Positions 1 through 59,266 of a stretch of DNA of 64,000 bases are shown here, one piece after another. Below the pieces are notes generated by a model, which saw only the letters and a program-made list of their open reading frames with translations, made no database searches and was not told the origin of the DNA. The stretch is taken from assembly GCA_046563655.1 (NCBI GenBank), contig CM102286.1, positions 8,060,001 to 8,124,000 of the forward strand. The letters are read 5' to 3'. The stretch comes from Yuukianura sp. NJ FZ-2021. Lineage: Eukaryota. The stretch's first letter is position 1. Each line of letters starts with the position of its first letter. A program made the translations under genes and the position numbers.

Positions 1-259
1 GAAAATTATGTTCAAATAGCCTAGAATATTTTGCATTTAAATTCGTATAAATCTATAGACTAATTAGGGGTTAAGGGCTCAGGCTTGACGACGGGGTGCC
101 AACGTTTTTGGCACTTTGTGATTGTGTTGTAAATTCAGTTCATGTCAAAAGGTTCCATTATGCTTGGTTCCTTTTGTTCTCAGCAATTTTAGTTGAATAG
201 ACGCGGAGGTGGTGAACCGACACGGTGAAAAGGAAACACTTAAAGACTTCAAGGCATCA

Positions 260-3152
260 CTACCCTGGACGGACGCCCAACTTTTCTAATACTCGAACTC
301 CCTTTTCTTGAAATTCCTCTCTGGACATCCAAAATGTTTCTTTATCCTTCATTACATTTGCCAAAACGGCACCGCCAATGAACACCATGTCCTTTCTCCT
401 TGGTGGATCCTCAATTTTAATTTTGAATTTCTGTGATACAAAATCCAAACATCACGAGTAAAATTCAAAATTGATACGTTTACCTTAACGCCAGTAAAAA
501 CCACCCGCAATGTATAAACTCACAGAAAGTTTGTCCGCTTCTCCTTTGAGTACACGCTCCAAGTAAAGTTGTTTGATTTCCCTTTCCAAACGACTAGGAA
601 GACCAGGGTACATGGTGGAACCACCAGACAAAACAATATGTTTGTACAACTCTGGTCGAATGTCGATATCCGCTTGCTGAATGGTACTGAAAACAAGCTC
701 TGCAATGCCTGTAAAATAACTACGGTTTAGTTAATGAGCTATTACGACAATGGGCCAGATGTTGACGAATAACGACAGGAGCGCCAATGGCGGGAGAAAC
801 GTATTATTATAGTACCTTGTCCTTCTACATTGATAAGGTGGGGTTGAAAAAGTGCTTCGGGAGCCTCGAACCTTTCACCTCCGACTTTGATTACCCTGCC
901 GTCGGGTAACTGTGAAATATAAGTAAAAACAACGATGAGTTTAGGTTTCACGTTTTTACTCAACGTTTTCCTAATTCACTTACCGTGTAAGACTCGACGA
1001 GAACAGTTGTTTCTAAGGCTAATCTCTGCTCTGTTTCCAAATTGTAGCCAATGTAGCAAAGTTTTTCCTTCATCATTCGAACGGTTTCGAAGTCGGCAGA
1101 ATGGTTGAATGCGTACCCCCGAAGCAGAAGTAGCTGCAATGAAATTGAACAAACAAGTTCTAGTTCACATCGAATCGAATGTAGTGCGAACCTTAATATT
1201 AAGGGGCAAATGTGTATGGATTGAATACCTTTATAAGATATCTGGTAATATCTCTTCCGGCGATGTCGAGCCTACGCGTTAGATGGGGTAGCGCAAACCC
1301 ATCGTATACCGGGCAAATATGAGTGACACCGTCGCCGGAATCCACAACAACTCCAGTCAGAAGCCCTTGTGCGTAGAGAGTAAGTACTGCTTGGATTGCT
1401 ATGTAGGCTCCTGCGAATCCATACTTCTCGAACATTACCTAAACAGCATCAGCATAATATTGACAACACCATCACAATAACATCAATTCATACAATTAAT
1501 TAGTAAAGCCAACTAATATAAGACAACCTCACCTCAATCATTTTTTCGCGGTTTTTGGTAGGATTCATCGGTGGCTCTGTAAGCATGACTTTGCATTCGG
1601 TGGGATTTATGTTCATTTTCTCCGGTCCAAAAGTGTAATCCCATAAATGAATCATGTCTTCCCAATTCCTGGTTCAGAAAATGGAAATATTTCTAAGTTA
1701 AAGCTTCCAATACTTAGCAAAAATACTTCTTCAAAGATTGATTTGTCCAACCCATAAGCTTACCGAACGATTCCATTTTCCATTGGATAATTTACTTCCA
1801 ACATAGACCTCAGTTGACTCGCGTCATCCCCCAGCATTAAGTCCTGAATGGTTTTCAAAATGTTGTAAATTAGTATTTTATCACTGATTCCATGCGTTTA
1901 CGAAGCAGTTACCACTTTCAACGAACAAATATGCAGTTATAGCATGCAATGAAATTGTTTGTTCCTTGTTCGAAGGTCAGCAAACTAAACCACATAGTAA
2001 TTAATAACGTTGAAGACGTGGAGCTTTAAATAAGGCTCAATTTCATGCACTGGAGCCGATAAACAATCATGCGCTCGTAATACTCCATGCGACAGCCAAA
2101 GCCAAGTGTGATTCATGGTGTTCTCAAAGGTCATCTTACGGGTATCTGTTGATCCATCTTGGGCAGCAATTTATAAAATTAAAAGTTATTAAATCGTCAA
2201 TTTAATTCCAAACTACACCTCCCTAACGTTACACTGTTATTGTTTTCATGAGCATTTCAGTGGTGAGTAAAACAAAAAACGATGGCCAAGGCCACATCGG
2301 AGGTCGGGGTGCGATTTTAAAATCAAGTCACGACTGTTAACATAAAGTTCGATGTTCCAAGCGAGTTAAAGTGTTTTAAAATATCTATTAGAATCTCCAG
2401 TGAGCACTCTGCACTCTGCAGCATATCGTTAACATTCAATACACTAACATTGAAAACGGGTCAAAAACTTACTTTAACCTCAATTCCCTGCATGAAAAAG
2501 AAAAACAATATTAAAATTCGGTTGCACAATTTATCAAATACTAGCCTAGATGTAAGTCGTATTTACCGGTATCCCATGCTTTCTAAATTAGGAATTAAGA
2601 TTCTTAATTTAAGAATGACCCACACGATTACCACAGCATCTAAAACTGTAAAGCCCAAGCCCGTGCCGGTATGGAACTTATAATAAAACACATGAACACG
2701 TAATTTAAAGGTGGTAGCATGATTCGTTCGTAACCCAAGCTCGTTTCGTTACCCTAAAACTTTAAAATGTACTAACTAAGTTTGTAAGACCAGCAGTTTT
2801 GCCAAGTAAATCATAAGAATCCTTAATCGTATCGTGATACGACAGTGCAGTTAACTTCCAGTACATTGCGAAAAATTCGTTTATGCTTATGCTACGTATT
2901 ATGTAGGTACCTTGACTTCTATATCGCCGATTTTGTTGGCAGCTCTTATAATCGGCCTTCCTACCATTGATGGGAATATATGTTCCGGAAAGTTGGATCC
3001 CGCATATCCACATTTCACAAACTGTAATAAAGAACAGATACATTTAAAGCCAAATGAATAATTTACTACTTAACATTGGTTTAAATCTAGAAGACCAATC
3101 CTACCCCGGTTCCATTATCACACACTATAACTTTCCTTCCTTGACTATCCAT
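260..3152 (-). CDS. Arp2: Actin-related protein 2 (Arp2/3 complex subunit), 9 coding exons, 394 aa
   Basis: Exons (minus): 3105-3152 ([16 protein letters not shown]), 2911-3021 ([26 protein letters not shown]), 1764-1843, 1533-1668, 1229-1438, 984-1133, 816-909, 524-708, 260-430. All introns are GT-AG and phases are consistent. The total of 1185 nt gives 394 aa plus stop, the canonical Arp2 length. Motifs such as [24 protein letters not shown] and [19 protein letters not shown] are Arp2-typical. Confidence 0.97.
2140..2157 (-). CDS. Arp2: Candidate alternative 18-nt microexon of Arp2 (MDQQIP, inserted in the D-loop after IEVK)
   Basis: The minus strand reads ttttaattttataaattgctgcccaag|ATGGATCAACAGATACCC|gtaagat. 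It is phase 0/0, stop-free and lies in the only long Arp2 intron (1844-2910). This is the junction where fly and vertebrate Arp2 carry a short alternative exon. Confidence 0.65.
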
Positions 3153-3527
3153 TTCGGAACGAAGTCTGTCAAAGTTCGTCAGCCGGTTGAAGTCGAGTTT
3201 ATTGGATTGACAGTTCAAATGTTGAATAAATTAATTGTCACTAATCCCAAAGTAAATAGACCGGCTACCGGCGTTAATTGAGTAATTGGATATTTGTAAA
3301 CAAGAGGAAGTTATAAGGAAAATGACAGTTAATCCAGTGGAATCAGACACCACCCAATTCCAATCCGTTTCCTGCCTTTCAAATTCAGTGATTCACTCGT
3401 ATCAAACAAACCACTTCACCGCACAAGAAGCGGAACACCAAGACAACGTAGCACTTTCAAACACACTTGAAAATTTCACACCTTCACCCCACCTCTTCTC
3501 AAATCCAAATTCAGATTTACAGTTGAG
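3153..3527. promoter_or_regulatory. Probable bidirectional promoter region between Arp2 and the PAK gene, with a candidate non-coding first exon of the PAK gene ending at 3527
   Basis: The Arp2 ATG at 3152 points left. A strong plus-strand donor GAG|gtaagg lies at 3527/3528, and acceptors (ttttgccag at 7243, cctag at 7266) precede the PAK ATG. No transcript evidence is available. Confidence 0.35.
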
Positions 3528-3911
3528 GTAAGGCTGACCGAAAACATTTGTAACCACGTAGAGTAGCCACTGCACTGCTACAATGACCGGTGACACTATG
3601 ACGTAACAGATTTTGCCACTTTAGGTTAGAGTGCTTACAGAAGTTGGCACTTAGATGCGGCCGACTATTCTAAGGCTTGTTAGCCACCGAAGAAAGCCGA
3701 TGCAGTGGTTGCAAGCTTGGTGGTTGCTTTAATGTACCCTAATGCTTACGGCAACCAAATTCACTCGACATTTCAAATTTCCCGCATCCCGGCGTTCTCC
3801 AAACTCACAGACACTTTCTTATATGATAACATGAAATAGCGTTGCTCATTTAGTTCGATTTATACTTATGAAATTAGGTCCACAAGTCCACATTTCTAAA
3901 AATTCCAAATA

Positions 3912-4847
3912 CCGTAAATGCTCTAATATAAGCGCGCCGCTTATAAGAATTTTCGACCATTCGGACGCGCCTCTATTAGAACACTATTTATTACCGCAAT
4001 AATTAATAAGTTTGAAGTGAGCCAAAATTCAATTAATAGTGATCCCATTCGTCGCTGGCGTCACTGTTGCTTTCTTCAAGCCTCCTCCAAATGTGCCCAC
4101 TGTAGTAATACTTGGCATGTCAAAAAATGTTCCAGTCATGGCAATAATATTTGGGTTGGAAATTTTATTCGTAACAGCCAGCTTGGAAGTCTACATGACG
4201 AATTCGACAAGCTACTCAAATAACGAATTTGGATCTTTTTGAGCCGACGACGCTTTCTTTCTCAAACTGAGGTCATGGTGCATCATAAATTTTTGTAGCC
4301 AACCACTGCTGGCCTGAAATTCGTTTGTTTGAAGCACTGCAGAGTAGACTTCCCCAGCTTTCACACGAATAGATTTGAAGGAGACACTTTGCTGGTTGGT
4401 GCGCTGAATTAAAATCCAATCGTAAACCATTTTGTCTGCTTCTTTAGAAAGTTGTTTTCTCGAGTCGAAAGGTAAAATTAGTTAAATTTTTCCGATTTTA
4501 TCCTTTTGCTTCAGCCAACTGAAGACTTGTTTTGGGTGTATTCCGAAGTGAGCTGCGTTACCATCCGTGGTATTAGTAGAAGCGTACTGAACCACTTTTA
4601 ACCTAAACTGAGATCAAACGATCGTATTTTAGTTACACCATTTTTAAAACTTGTATTTAAGTGCTACATTTTGATTTCAGTCAAATTAGCAACATAGAAG
4701 TTGAACAGATGGTGTCACTTTGCTCTAGGCTCTGCTTTAAACTCAAGTTAGCTACCGCGCTTATATCACAATTTGCCCCCGCTGAAACCGCGCTTGCATT
4801 AGAGTATGCGCTTATATTAGAATACGCGCTTGCATTAGAGCATTTAC
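3912..4847 (-). mobile_element. Degenerate pogo/Tigger-like DNA transposon (internally deleted, HTH fragments only)
   Basis: Imperfect TIRs (cc)gtaaatgctctaatataagcgcg and cgcgcttgcattagagcatttac, flanked by TA. Minus-strand fragments FRLKVVQYA...AHFGIHPKQVFSW and VYDWILIQR...FQASSGWLQKFMMHHDLSLRK resemble pogo N-terminal and CENP-B-type HTH domains. The frame is broken. Confidence 0.75.
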
Positions 4848-7270
4848 TAAATTCAAACCCAACCTTTTACGCCAAACCGAATTCGAAAAAATTCAAACCA
4901 ATTCAATTGCTGCGTGTTCACAAATTGTCATGATTGGATTTCCTAACTATTTAGTAATTTATCCAAGCAAACCTACCCCAAACATTATAAAAATTCATTT
5001 TAGTAATAAAAAGTTACGCCTATGGTAATATTTGAAAAAATAAATTAAATAACTTGAAATGTAATGTAACGTAATGGAAGTAACTTTATGAATATGATAT
5101 GCCATGAACACAACTAAACTCTTGGTATCTAGAATCAAATTTCGCCAATTCGGCTTCATCAGAAGTGAAACTGACTTGATTTTACAATCGCTCAAGTTTT
5201 ATTTTGCAACTGGTGTCAAATGTCAGTTACTGACCCTTCATTTTACTTTTGAAAAAAAAAAAAACGACATAGCATAGTATTAATATCAATTGCTGCTAAA
5301 ATATTCAACTTTTTTGAAGTCAACCCACAATTTTCATATGTTCTGTTTGGCCCTTCATTCTAGAAAAGTTCAACTGGTAATTTATGATTGAATTTTAGAT
5401 TAACAAAAAACAGGAGGATACAGGATGTTTAGATTCTAAATCAAGGCTCATTTCCCATATTTTCAAGTTCCCCCTAACCGTAAGGGCCGAAATGTACAAC
5501 GTTGTACTTTTTCCCACGGAACAACGACTAACACAACGCCCTACAAAGGGCCCTTTCAAGTCTTTCTACTGCTGCTGTTATTTTCTTCCATCCTAAAGTC
5601 AAATCCGGCTCCGTTGTTCTATCAATGGATCTCTCCTTGGTTTTTTTTTTGGTCGAAGTGTTATAATATTTGAAGTGGTTCAGTAGCCCTGGCTCTCAGA
5701 GGGGTAGAAATTTGAAGGAGATGTCATGGCAAAACGGCGTCCGGTCCAGAACTTTTTCGTCTTCTTCGTTATAACTCTTATTGTAATACAAAGGGAAAGC
5801 GTTCTTGACTGCGGGTTATATCCACCTCACCTGTCCATTTGCTTTTACCTGTGCAAGACTTGGCGTCTTAACAAGCTCTATGATCAAAACCTAACCTAAA
5901 CCATTGTATTTTTGTACTGAAACACTCCTATGGTTAGTCGCAGAAACCAAAAAACTTTGGTTTAGAAAGAAGCATCCCCAGCCCAAGGATCGTATACCTT
6001 CCAAGAAGTTGCATTTGGGATGATATAGAATTTCAGAATGGTTTTTGGGCTGTTGGAAATTCATCGTCATCATGTTGAATGTAACGATATACTCTAGCAG
6101 TATCCCTACTTTTTACCAATACCTAGTACCTAGTGTAACTCAACAGTCAATCTGCCACAACTACAAAGTCAAAGCAAAACATTTACGTTTTTAGACACTA
6201 TAGGAGAGCAACAGAAAACTAACCATTCATCGCACCGTCTGCCATCAGAGATTTTATAACTAACTATTATTCATTCTGGATCAAGGACATACACACCTAC
6301 AGTACACAACTAAATCTTGCTGAACCAGCATCAAACATTCCATAGAGATCACAATTCACAACATTCAAAAATTTAGCATTAGCAACACAACATCACCACG
6401 TTTACCTTGGATCTACCCTGTTAACTACGCGTTTCGTTACATTCACAGTATTAGTTGAACTTTTGCATTTTAGTTTCCCTTGTTTTGTTAAAAAGTGAAG
6501 TGCCTACGTTTTTGTTACAATAGAATCGATCGATACCAATTCCGAATTGTATCTCCCCCGGAACCTCAAATATTGACGAAACTTTTTTAGACTTTTTGTG
6601 TTTACCTAAAAAAGTCCATTGATAAAGGACCAACTTATTCTGCTGTGACAGATTGTTGTGACTTTTGGAGTTTCTACGGAAAACGCCTTCATCACACATT
6701 CAAACAAAAACTAACTTGGACACACACGGAAGATCAAGAAGTGAACAAAAGTTGAGAATTTAATTAATTGTTGGTGAATTTTGGAATTGGGCGGATGCTC
6801 GCAGTGGTACGCTTGACTGAATTTGCAGTGGATTTATACTAATTTCTACTCGTGCCTAAACTAAACTCAACGGCAAATGACAAAAGATCCATTGTTGTTC
6901 GTAAGTAGAGTGAAAAGGATTCTGGTTTGGCCAAACTGTCATTTTGGAACCTGTGTATGTTAAGCAACCTAACTTTGGCAGACCAGAACGGTACAGAGGA
7001 TGTGTCATATCCGACGACGTCTTAAGTTTTAGTAACCGCAAATCATCACTTAAGTGAACTGACGCCGCGGAATACCAAAAGAACTGAATCACGACGAAGT
7101 CAAGTCACTTCATTGTCTTAATTTTGTGCCATTAATTTGACCAAATTCAACGGAAGTTCAGTTGACCACTTGAAAGCTCTGGGCTTTTGTTTCTCAGTTT
7201 TTGAAGAAAGTTTAAATTATTTTGTTTATTAAAGTTTTGCCAGAGTTTCATGAAAATTAAGCCTAGGGAA

Positions 7271-10132
<2,862 letters not shown>

Positions 10133-12525
10133 ACCAATCGGCTGTTGGTTGATGTTTTGTTGTATTGTTATTAGCGCACTGCACACTGAACCGTCCTACC
10201 TCATTTTGTAAACTTAACAAAAATTCCAAAATTCATTGCCGAAGTTTAAAAGAAAAACTTAGCAGGGACTTCCATTTTAAAAATTCCACTTTTGAAATTT
10301 TTGCATACCTCAATTTAGCTAGCAAAACTTTAGTAAACTATGCAGTTAAAATTTGTAACAAAAATTAGAGTTAGTCTTTTTCTTTGACAACTTAAGTTGT
10401 ACGCAGTACAACTATTAACAGTATTGCTATGATGGTTCTATTAATAGTTAGTTAGGTTAGCACAAGTTAGTTTTAGTTCTGTATTTGCCATACCGAATTC
10501 CATATGCATTTTTGTAACGAAATTCCACATTCTAATGTGATTTGACAACATGGAACAAAGAATCACGTTATACGTAACGTATTTTTTATCTGAATTAATG
10601 CTATTACTCGCTAAAATTTTATAACTACAGTTGACTACACATGGAACGTACGCCGTCCGTTAGATGCCAAACGAAAAGATAGAAAGATAAAGATGAAAAG
10701 ATTTTTAAAACCAATGTTACTAAACAGAAAAATTTAAAAAAAAAAGGAGGTTTTTTGAAACAAATAAGAAGTTAGAGTATTAGTGAAGTTATCGAAATTT
10801 GAACAACAGAGAACGCAAACCTAAATGAAACGTGCTAAATTAATCACAAATTCTAGAAATCATAAAAACTCTTTCAGTTTGTTTAATTGTGTAGGAATTA
10901 AAAAAAACTTTTCTTAAGTTTAATTTTAGTAAACTGCTACTTTTGTAAAAACATTTTGAGTTAACTCTTGTTGGTACATCCCACCGTAACTTTGTTTTTA
11001 AGTCAATTAAGTACTCATTTATTAAACTTTTTTGACACATTTCTTTTTTGTTTTACAAGTGGACCGAGTCAGAGGTTAAGAACATGACGCAAGTAAATTC
11101 TACCCTGGTCAAGTCACATTTCAGAGTTGTAACTATATTGATAGTTGGACCATTTCAATTAAAAAAGAGAGCTGTAATACGACTCATACCTCAAACTGTC
11201 ACTTCTTTTCCTTTAAAACATGATGATTTAGAAAAGTTAAGATGAATAGCAATATAATTTTAGTTTTGGAAGAGTATTTCGATATATTCCGAAGAATTAA
11301 AACAATTAACTGAATTTCCGTGCTGCTAACGCTACTTAACCTAACCATCGAACGATACGTTAACTAATTTATTTTTAATTATAAAAGAGCAAAAGATGCT
11401 AAAGATACTACCGTATAAGAAAATGAAGTTTAAAAGTACAAGTTTATAATTTTCTTAACGTTCAAGATAGTATTTCTTTCAAAATTTGTTTACCCCACCT
11501 AGCTTATTCTGCTAAAAAATTAACTTTTTGTTAACCTAACTATGATTAGTTACTTTATCTTAGCTTTGATTAGCGTACAAGGGTTCGATGACAAGTTTAA
11601 CAATTGCACCATCGATTCAATCACGGATTTCGCAAACACCTTTGATAGTTCTGGAACATTAAGTTAGCGACCTTAGTTTGGGGATTTTGGAAGTCAACTT
11701 ATCAATTTGACAGTTCATATCAATTTTTTAATTAAAATTTGAAGATTTTAGTTAAGTTCTTCTTTTCTAGTTTTGAATTTCAAAGTTTGAACATCAGGCC
11801 CAAATCATCTTGAGTTTTCAGGTTTTTTAGGAACATGAACAGAAAAAGTTAGTAAGTATTTTAGGCTCGAGCGTCCCTTTGTGCTCATGTTAAACGTTAA
11901 CCATTAAACGCGTTTCCAGAGTACAGTCAGGTAAGCTAACAAATTAATTAACTAAAAATAAAATCATTTGGGCATTCTAAGCACGTTAACATTTTAACGT
12001 GACTAGCTTTAAAACAAAAGTCTAAGTGACACGTGAATCTGTATGTTTGACAGGAAGTCACGGCTATTCGTTTTCCTGTTAACTTTTAGTACTGTGATTA
12101 ATGTGTGTTTTCACATTCCGCAGAGGGTTTAGTTACACAAATCTACGACGACAGCACCAGGTAAATCTTTTACGTAACATTCCAAGACTTGAGTAAGAAC
12201 CACAATAAAACATTTCATTTGCACTACGAACTTAATACATTTTCGGCGGGACTTAATTTGAGGTGGGGTTTATGGGAAAAAGTTGTTCACAGACGTTTTG
12301 GTTTGCTCCGTGACTACGTGGATAAAAAAAAGAATACGCTGGACATGAAACTAGGTTAACGCAATACATTTTGCAACAATTTTTTTCATGTCCACCAGAA
12401 ACAATACAAATTAACCAACAATAAATTGTGGAACAATACAAAAACAATGTGTTTGAGGCTATATCGGTAGTATCAAGAGTGACCGCACTTCCGTCGACTT
12501 TGAGTCCAGCGATGTTCTGAAGTTT

Positions 12526-55992
<43,467 letters not shown>

Positions 55993-57911
55993 TTTGACTT
56001 CTTGTGTTTTAGGAGGGTTTCAAAACTGAAGTTGGTCCCATCTAGTGGTATCCAGGCAGAAGATTCGCTCAAGGGGCATTTCATCCTCTTCGGAGCACAG
56101 TTGCACCATCCATTTTAAATCTAAAGTAGAAAAAAAATGTAGGATAAAAGAAAATGGAGAATTTCGAAACAAAAATATTCAAGTTTGATATTCTCTTCTG
56201 TGAGTCGCGAAACCAAGGCAAATAAAAAGGTATCTACGCATGTGCAAAATCGGACTTTCGAAAAACACTTTTTTTTTTTGCTAATAGTCACTAGTCAAAT
56301 TTAGTTGCAAATACAGAAAACGCCCCATTTCCAAAAATTGTGAAAAATGTCACGAACTTTTTATAGATTTGATCTTTAGTCATTTTCTACTCCTCCTCCA
56401 CACTTTGCACTTTTTGTATCCCGAAACCATTTTGGCAAAAGTGCCAAAGTTGAAACTACTACTATATTTCCGTCGTTGAGGCATGGTATCGCTCCGCTTC
56501 TCCAGCAGTATACACTAACTTCGGAGGAGTGAAAATGACATATGAAATTGGAAGATTAGACAAAGTTACTAACAGTGTCACACTATGGTTTCTTTCGATA
56601 TACGTTTTCAATTTTCTTCAACTTTGGGTCTGAGTATACCACTAAGCTAACATAACTTGACTGCAACTGCCGAAGGGTTTAAATGTTTGAATTACTTTCC
56701 CTGGTAACCGATAACAATATGAACCACACATATATAGGTTTTCAAATTGCTTTTCTCAGATTTTTTATTTTTATAATTGAAGCGGAAAAATATTGCTGTG
56801 GCTACTGTAATTTCTTCTTCTTTTTTTTTCAATTTCGAATTTCTTGTAACTCAATTTATGAAATACCATGGAACGATTATTTCCGGAATTCGTTTAACTT
56901 TTTACCGTTGTAACAGCCACATTGACTTTCGAATTTTGAATCCATCAGAATTTGCAATAAAGTGACTTGGTACTTCACTCTTGGAGGAAGAATATAGAAT
57001 CTGTAGCGAAATCAAAGCTAGAAATCCTCTGATGCCGCTTAAGTTTGCTCGAATGAACATGAACAAGTAGGGAAATGAGTCTCGTTGGCTGCTGTTCGGT
57101 TGCCTGGTTCCCGTGCTTTAACTTTTGGAGACACACAAAAGCGAAAAGTCTTCTTTTGTGCAATGTTTGTCGCTTGAGACGAGATACAAGGTCGATTCAA
57201 GTTTATAACTTCAGCTGAAAATAACGTAATAGCAGAAGCACTACTCTAAAAATGAAACGCTGAATTTTGAAAATTTCAAAATACGCACGCTAAACTTTCC
57301 ACGTCAATAAATTTAGTTTCGTTCACGAAAGCTCCTTCACAGAGACCCAAGTGAAAATTAATATGGCAATCGCTTAAAGTGAAATCCCAGTGATACTGGT
57401 TCTATCTTCTTCATCTGACTGACATGACAATAGAACGAAAGAATATCCGATATTCCCCTTGCCAGCTCTCCAACTTTCTGGTATTTTTTAAAGTTAATTT
57501 TAAGTTCCATGGGCACTGACAGGCATCGTAAACTCAATCTGCCAACTCTCGTCAAAGTGGAACAAAGGCAAAATTCTTGTGCAGTATTTTTAAAATTTAA
57601 AACATATTTTCAAAGCTGATCTAAACATTAGATTCTAGATCTCTCTACAATGTATGTAAGTAAGGGGGCTCTTTAGTAGCCAGTTCGTTTTCCTCGTCTT
57701 TTTTTTTTCTTTGGCAATTTTATCTCGCTAATAAGTCTACCACAAACCACACGCCGGTTACTTAGGTTTCCTTTTTCGAATTTCAAAGAGTGAACCCTCA
57801 GCTTCTATCACTAACCAAAAAAGTCGACAATTTACTCACTCTAAAAATAGGAAAAAAAAATTAAAGAATAGTGAAAAAGATTAGTTAGTGATTTTGGACT
57901 CATTTTCTTTT

Positions 57912-58096
57912 TTATTTTTTTTTTATTTTTTTTTTTTTATTAGTTATTGCCGCTCCCTTCAGGCTCGCAGCCTATGGAGCCATATAAAGTTACATATTAA
58001 TTAACAGGATCTTCTGGAGTTTGGTTATTAGTCTACATTATTGGACAGTGCGAAAGTTCTAGGGCTTTACAAAGTATTATTGTTTTTTTTTTTTAA
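57912..58096 (-). mobile_element. Short 5'-truncated poly(A) retro-insertion (non-LTR/SINE 3' end)
   Basis: A 14-bp direct repeat actcattttctttt at 57898-57911 and 58097-58110 flanks a segment that on the minus strand ends in a GC hairpin, AATAA and an interrupted poly(A). Confidence 0.7.
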
Positions 58097-59266
58097 ACTC
58101 ATTTTCTTTTAAACCTGTAAATTATAGGACTCAAGATTACTTTTTACAAAAAATTTGCAATTTTTGTGCCAAATTGCCAAATTGGAACCCATATTTTACA
58201 CTGTGGTTTCAGGCTAAAAATCATACTAGGACTTCCAAAGGTTTTGTAGCTTTACTTTAATTTCAGCAAGTCGTTGGATGAAACCGGAAAAGTTGTACCA
58301 TATGCAACGCTCCTGTGATTGGTTTTAATTGAATTAAATCCAGGAAAACCAAAATATTAAGCAACTGGTGAGCTCCTTCCGACAGTTTCTAGGATGAAGT
58401 CATGCTCAAACCAGTTTTCAAAATTTATAATAATTAAGCTTAATTATTAATTTAGCTACGGCCCACCTTTAGCTAGCATTTTTACTTAAGCGCAGCCTAA
58501 CTTCATATTGAATTTTGGTTTGTATATTCTGATACTCCTGGCTTTTTTTTTAAATCAACTTTCTAGGAAATGCGTATTATAAAACTCAGGTTTTATGGTA
58601 ATTCTACAAACAAAAAGTCGGAAGCTTTATCTTACACAAATATTATTACAGTTCGTCACTAAAAAAAATTGGTTCTAAATAGAAGCAAGAAAAATATGAA
58701 GAGGTTCCTCCGGTGTTTATAAAAGAAGTTCAAAAGGACTTGCATGCCGTCACCAGTTCCAGTGAAAGGAATTCAAATAGAAAACTTTTTACAAACTGTC
58801 TAAATCCAGTGAAAGACTAGCACTATGTTAAGAATCTTCTGTAAATATTAGGACCAGCAGCATCATAAAAATGAAACTTTTTTTTTCCATCTTACCCCAC
58901 CTGTGTAATCAAACTACTGTTCTCACCATCTACTTCTTTACATTCCTCTAACATAACCTAAACAACCTAATGTCCTCACCTTCACAGTCCAAACGTTCAC
59001 TTTCTATTGTAAACAACACTGACATAAAGGCTACACAGCCACTGTCAAGTTTACAACTTTCTCTTTGTAAGGTGTTTCAAGTCCATTAGGACACAACAAC
59101 AACGTCTGCTGTCAACTGTTTCAGAATCTCACGACTCTCTTCAAATCGAAGCCAATAATCTAAAGCTGTTTAGTTTGAAAGTATTAAGAATAGCATTGGT
59201 GCTATAAACTAAAATCCAGAAGTCTAGAGATACACGCTTTTAACAAAAGAATATGTTATAACTTAC

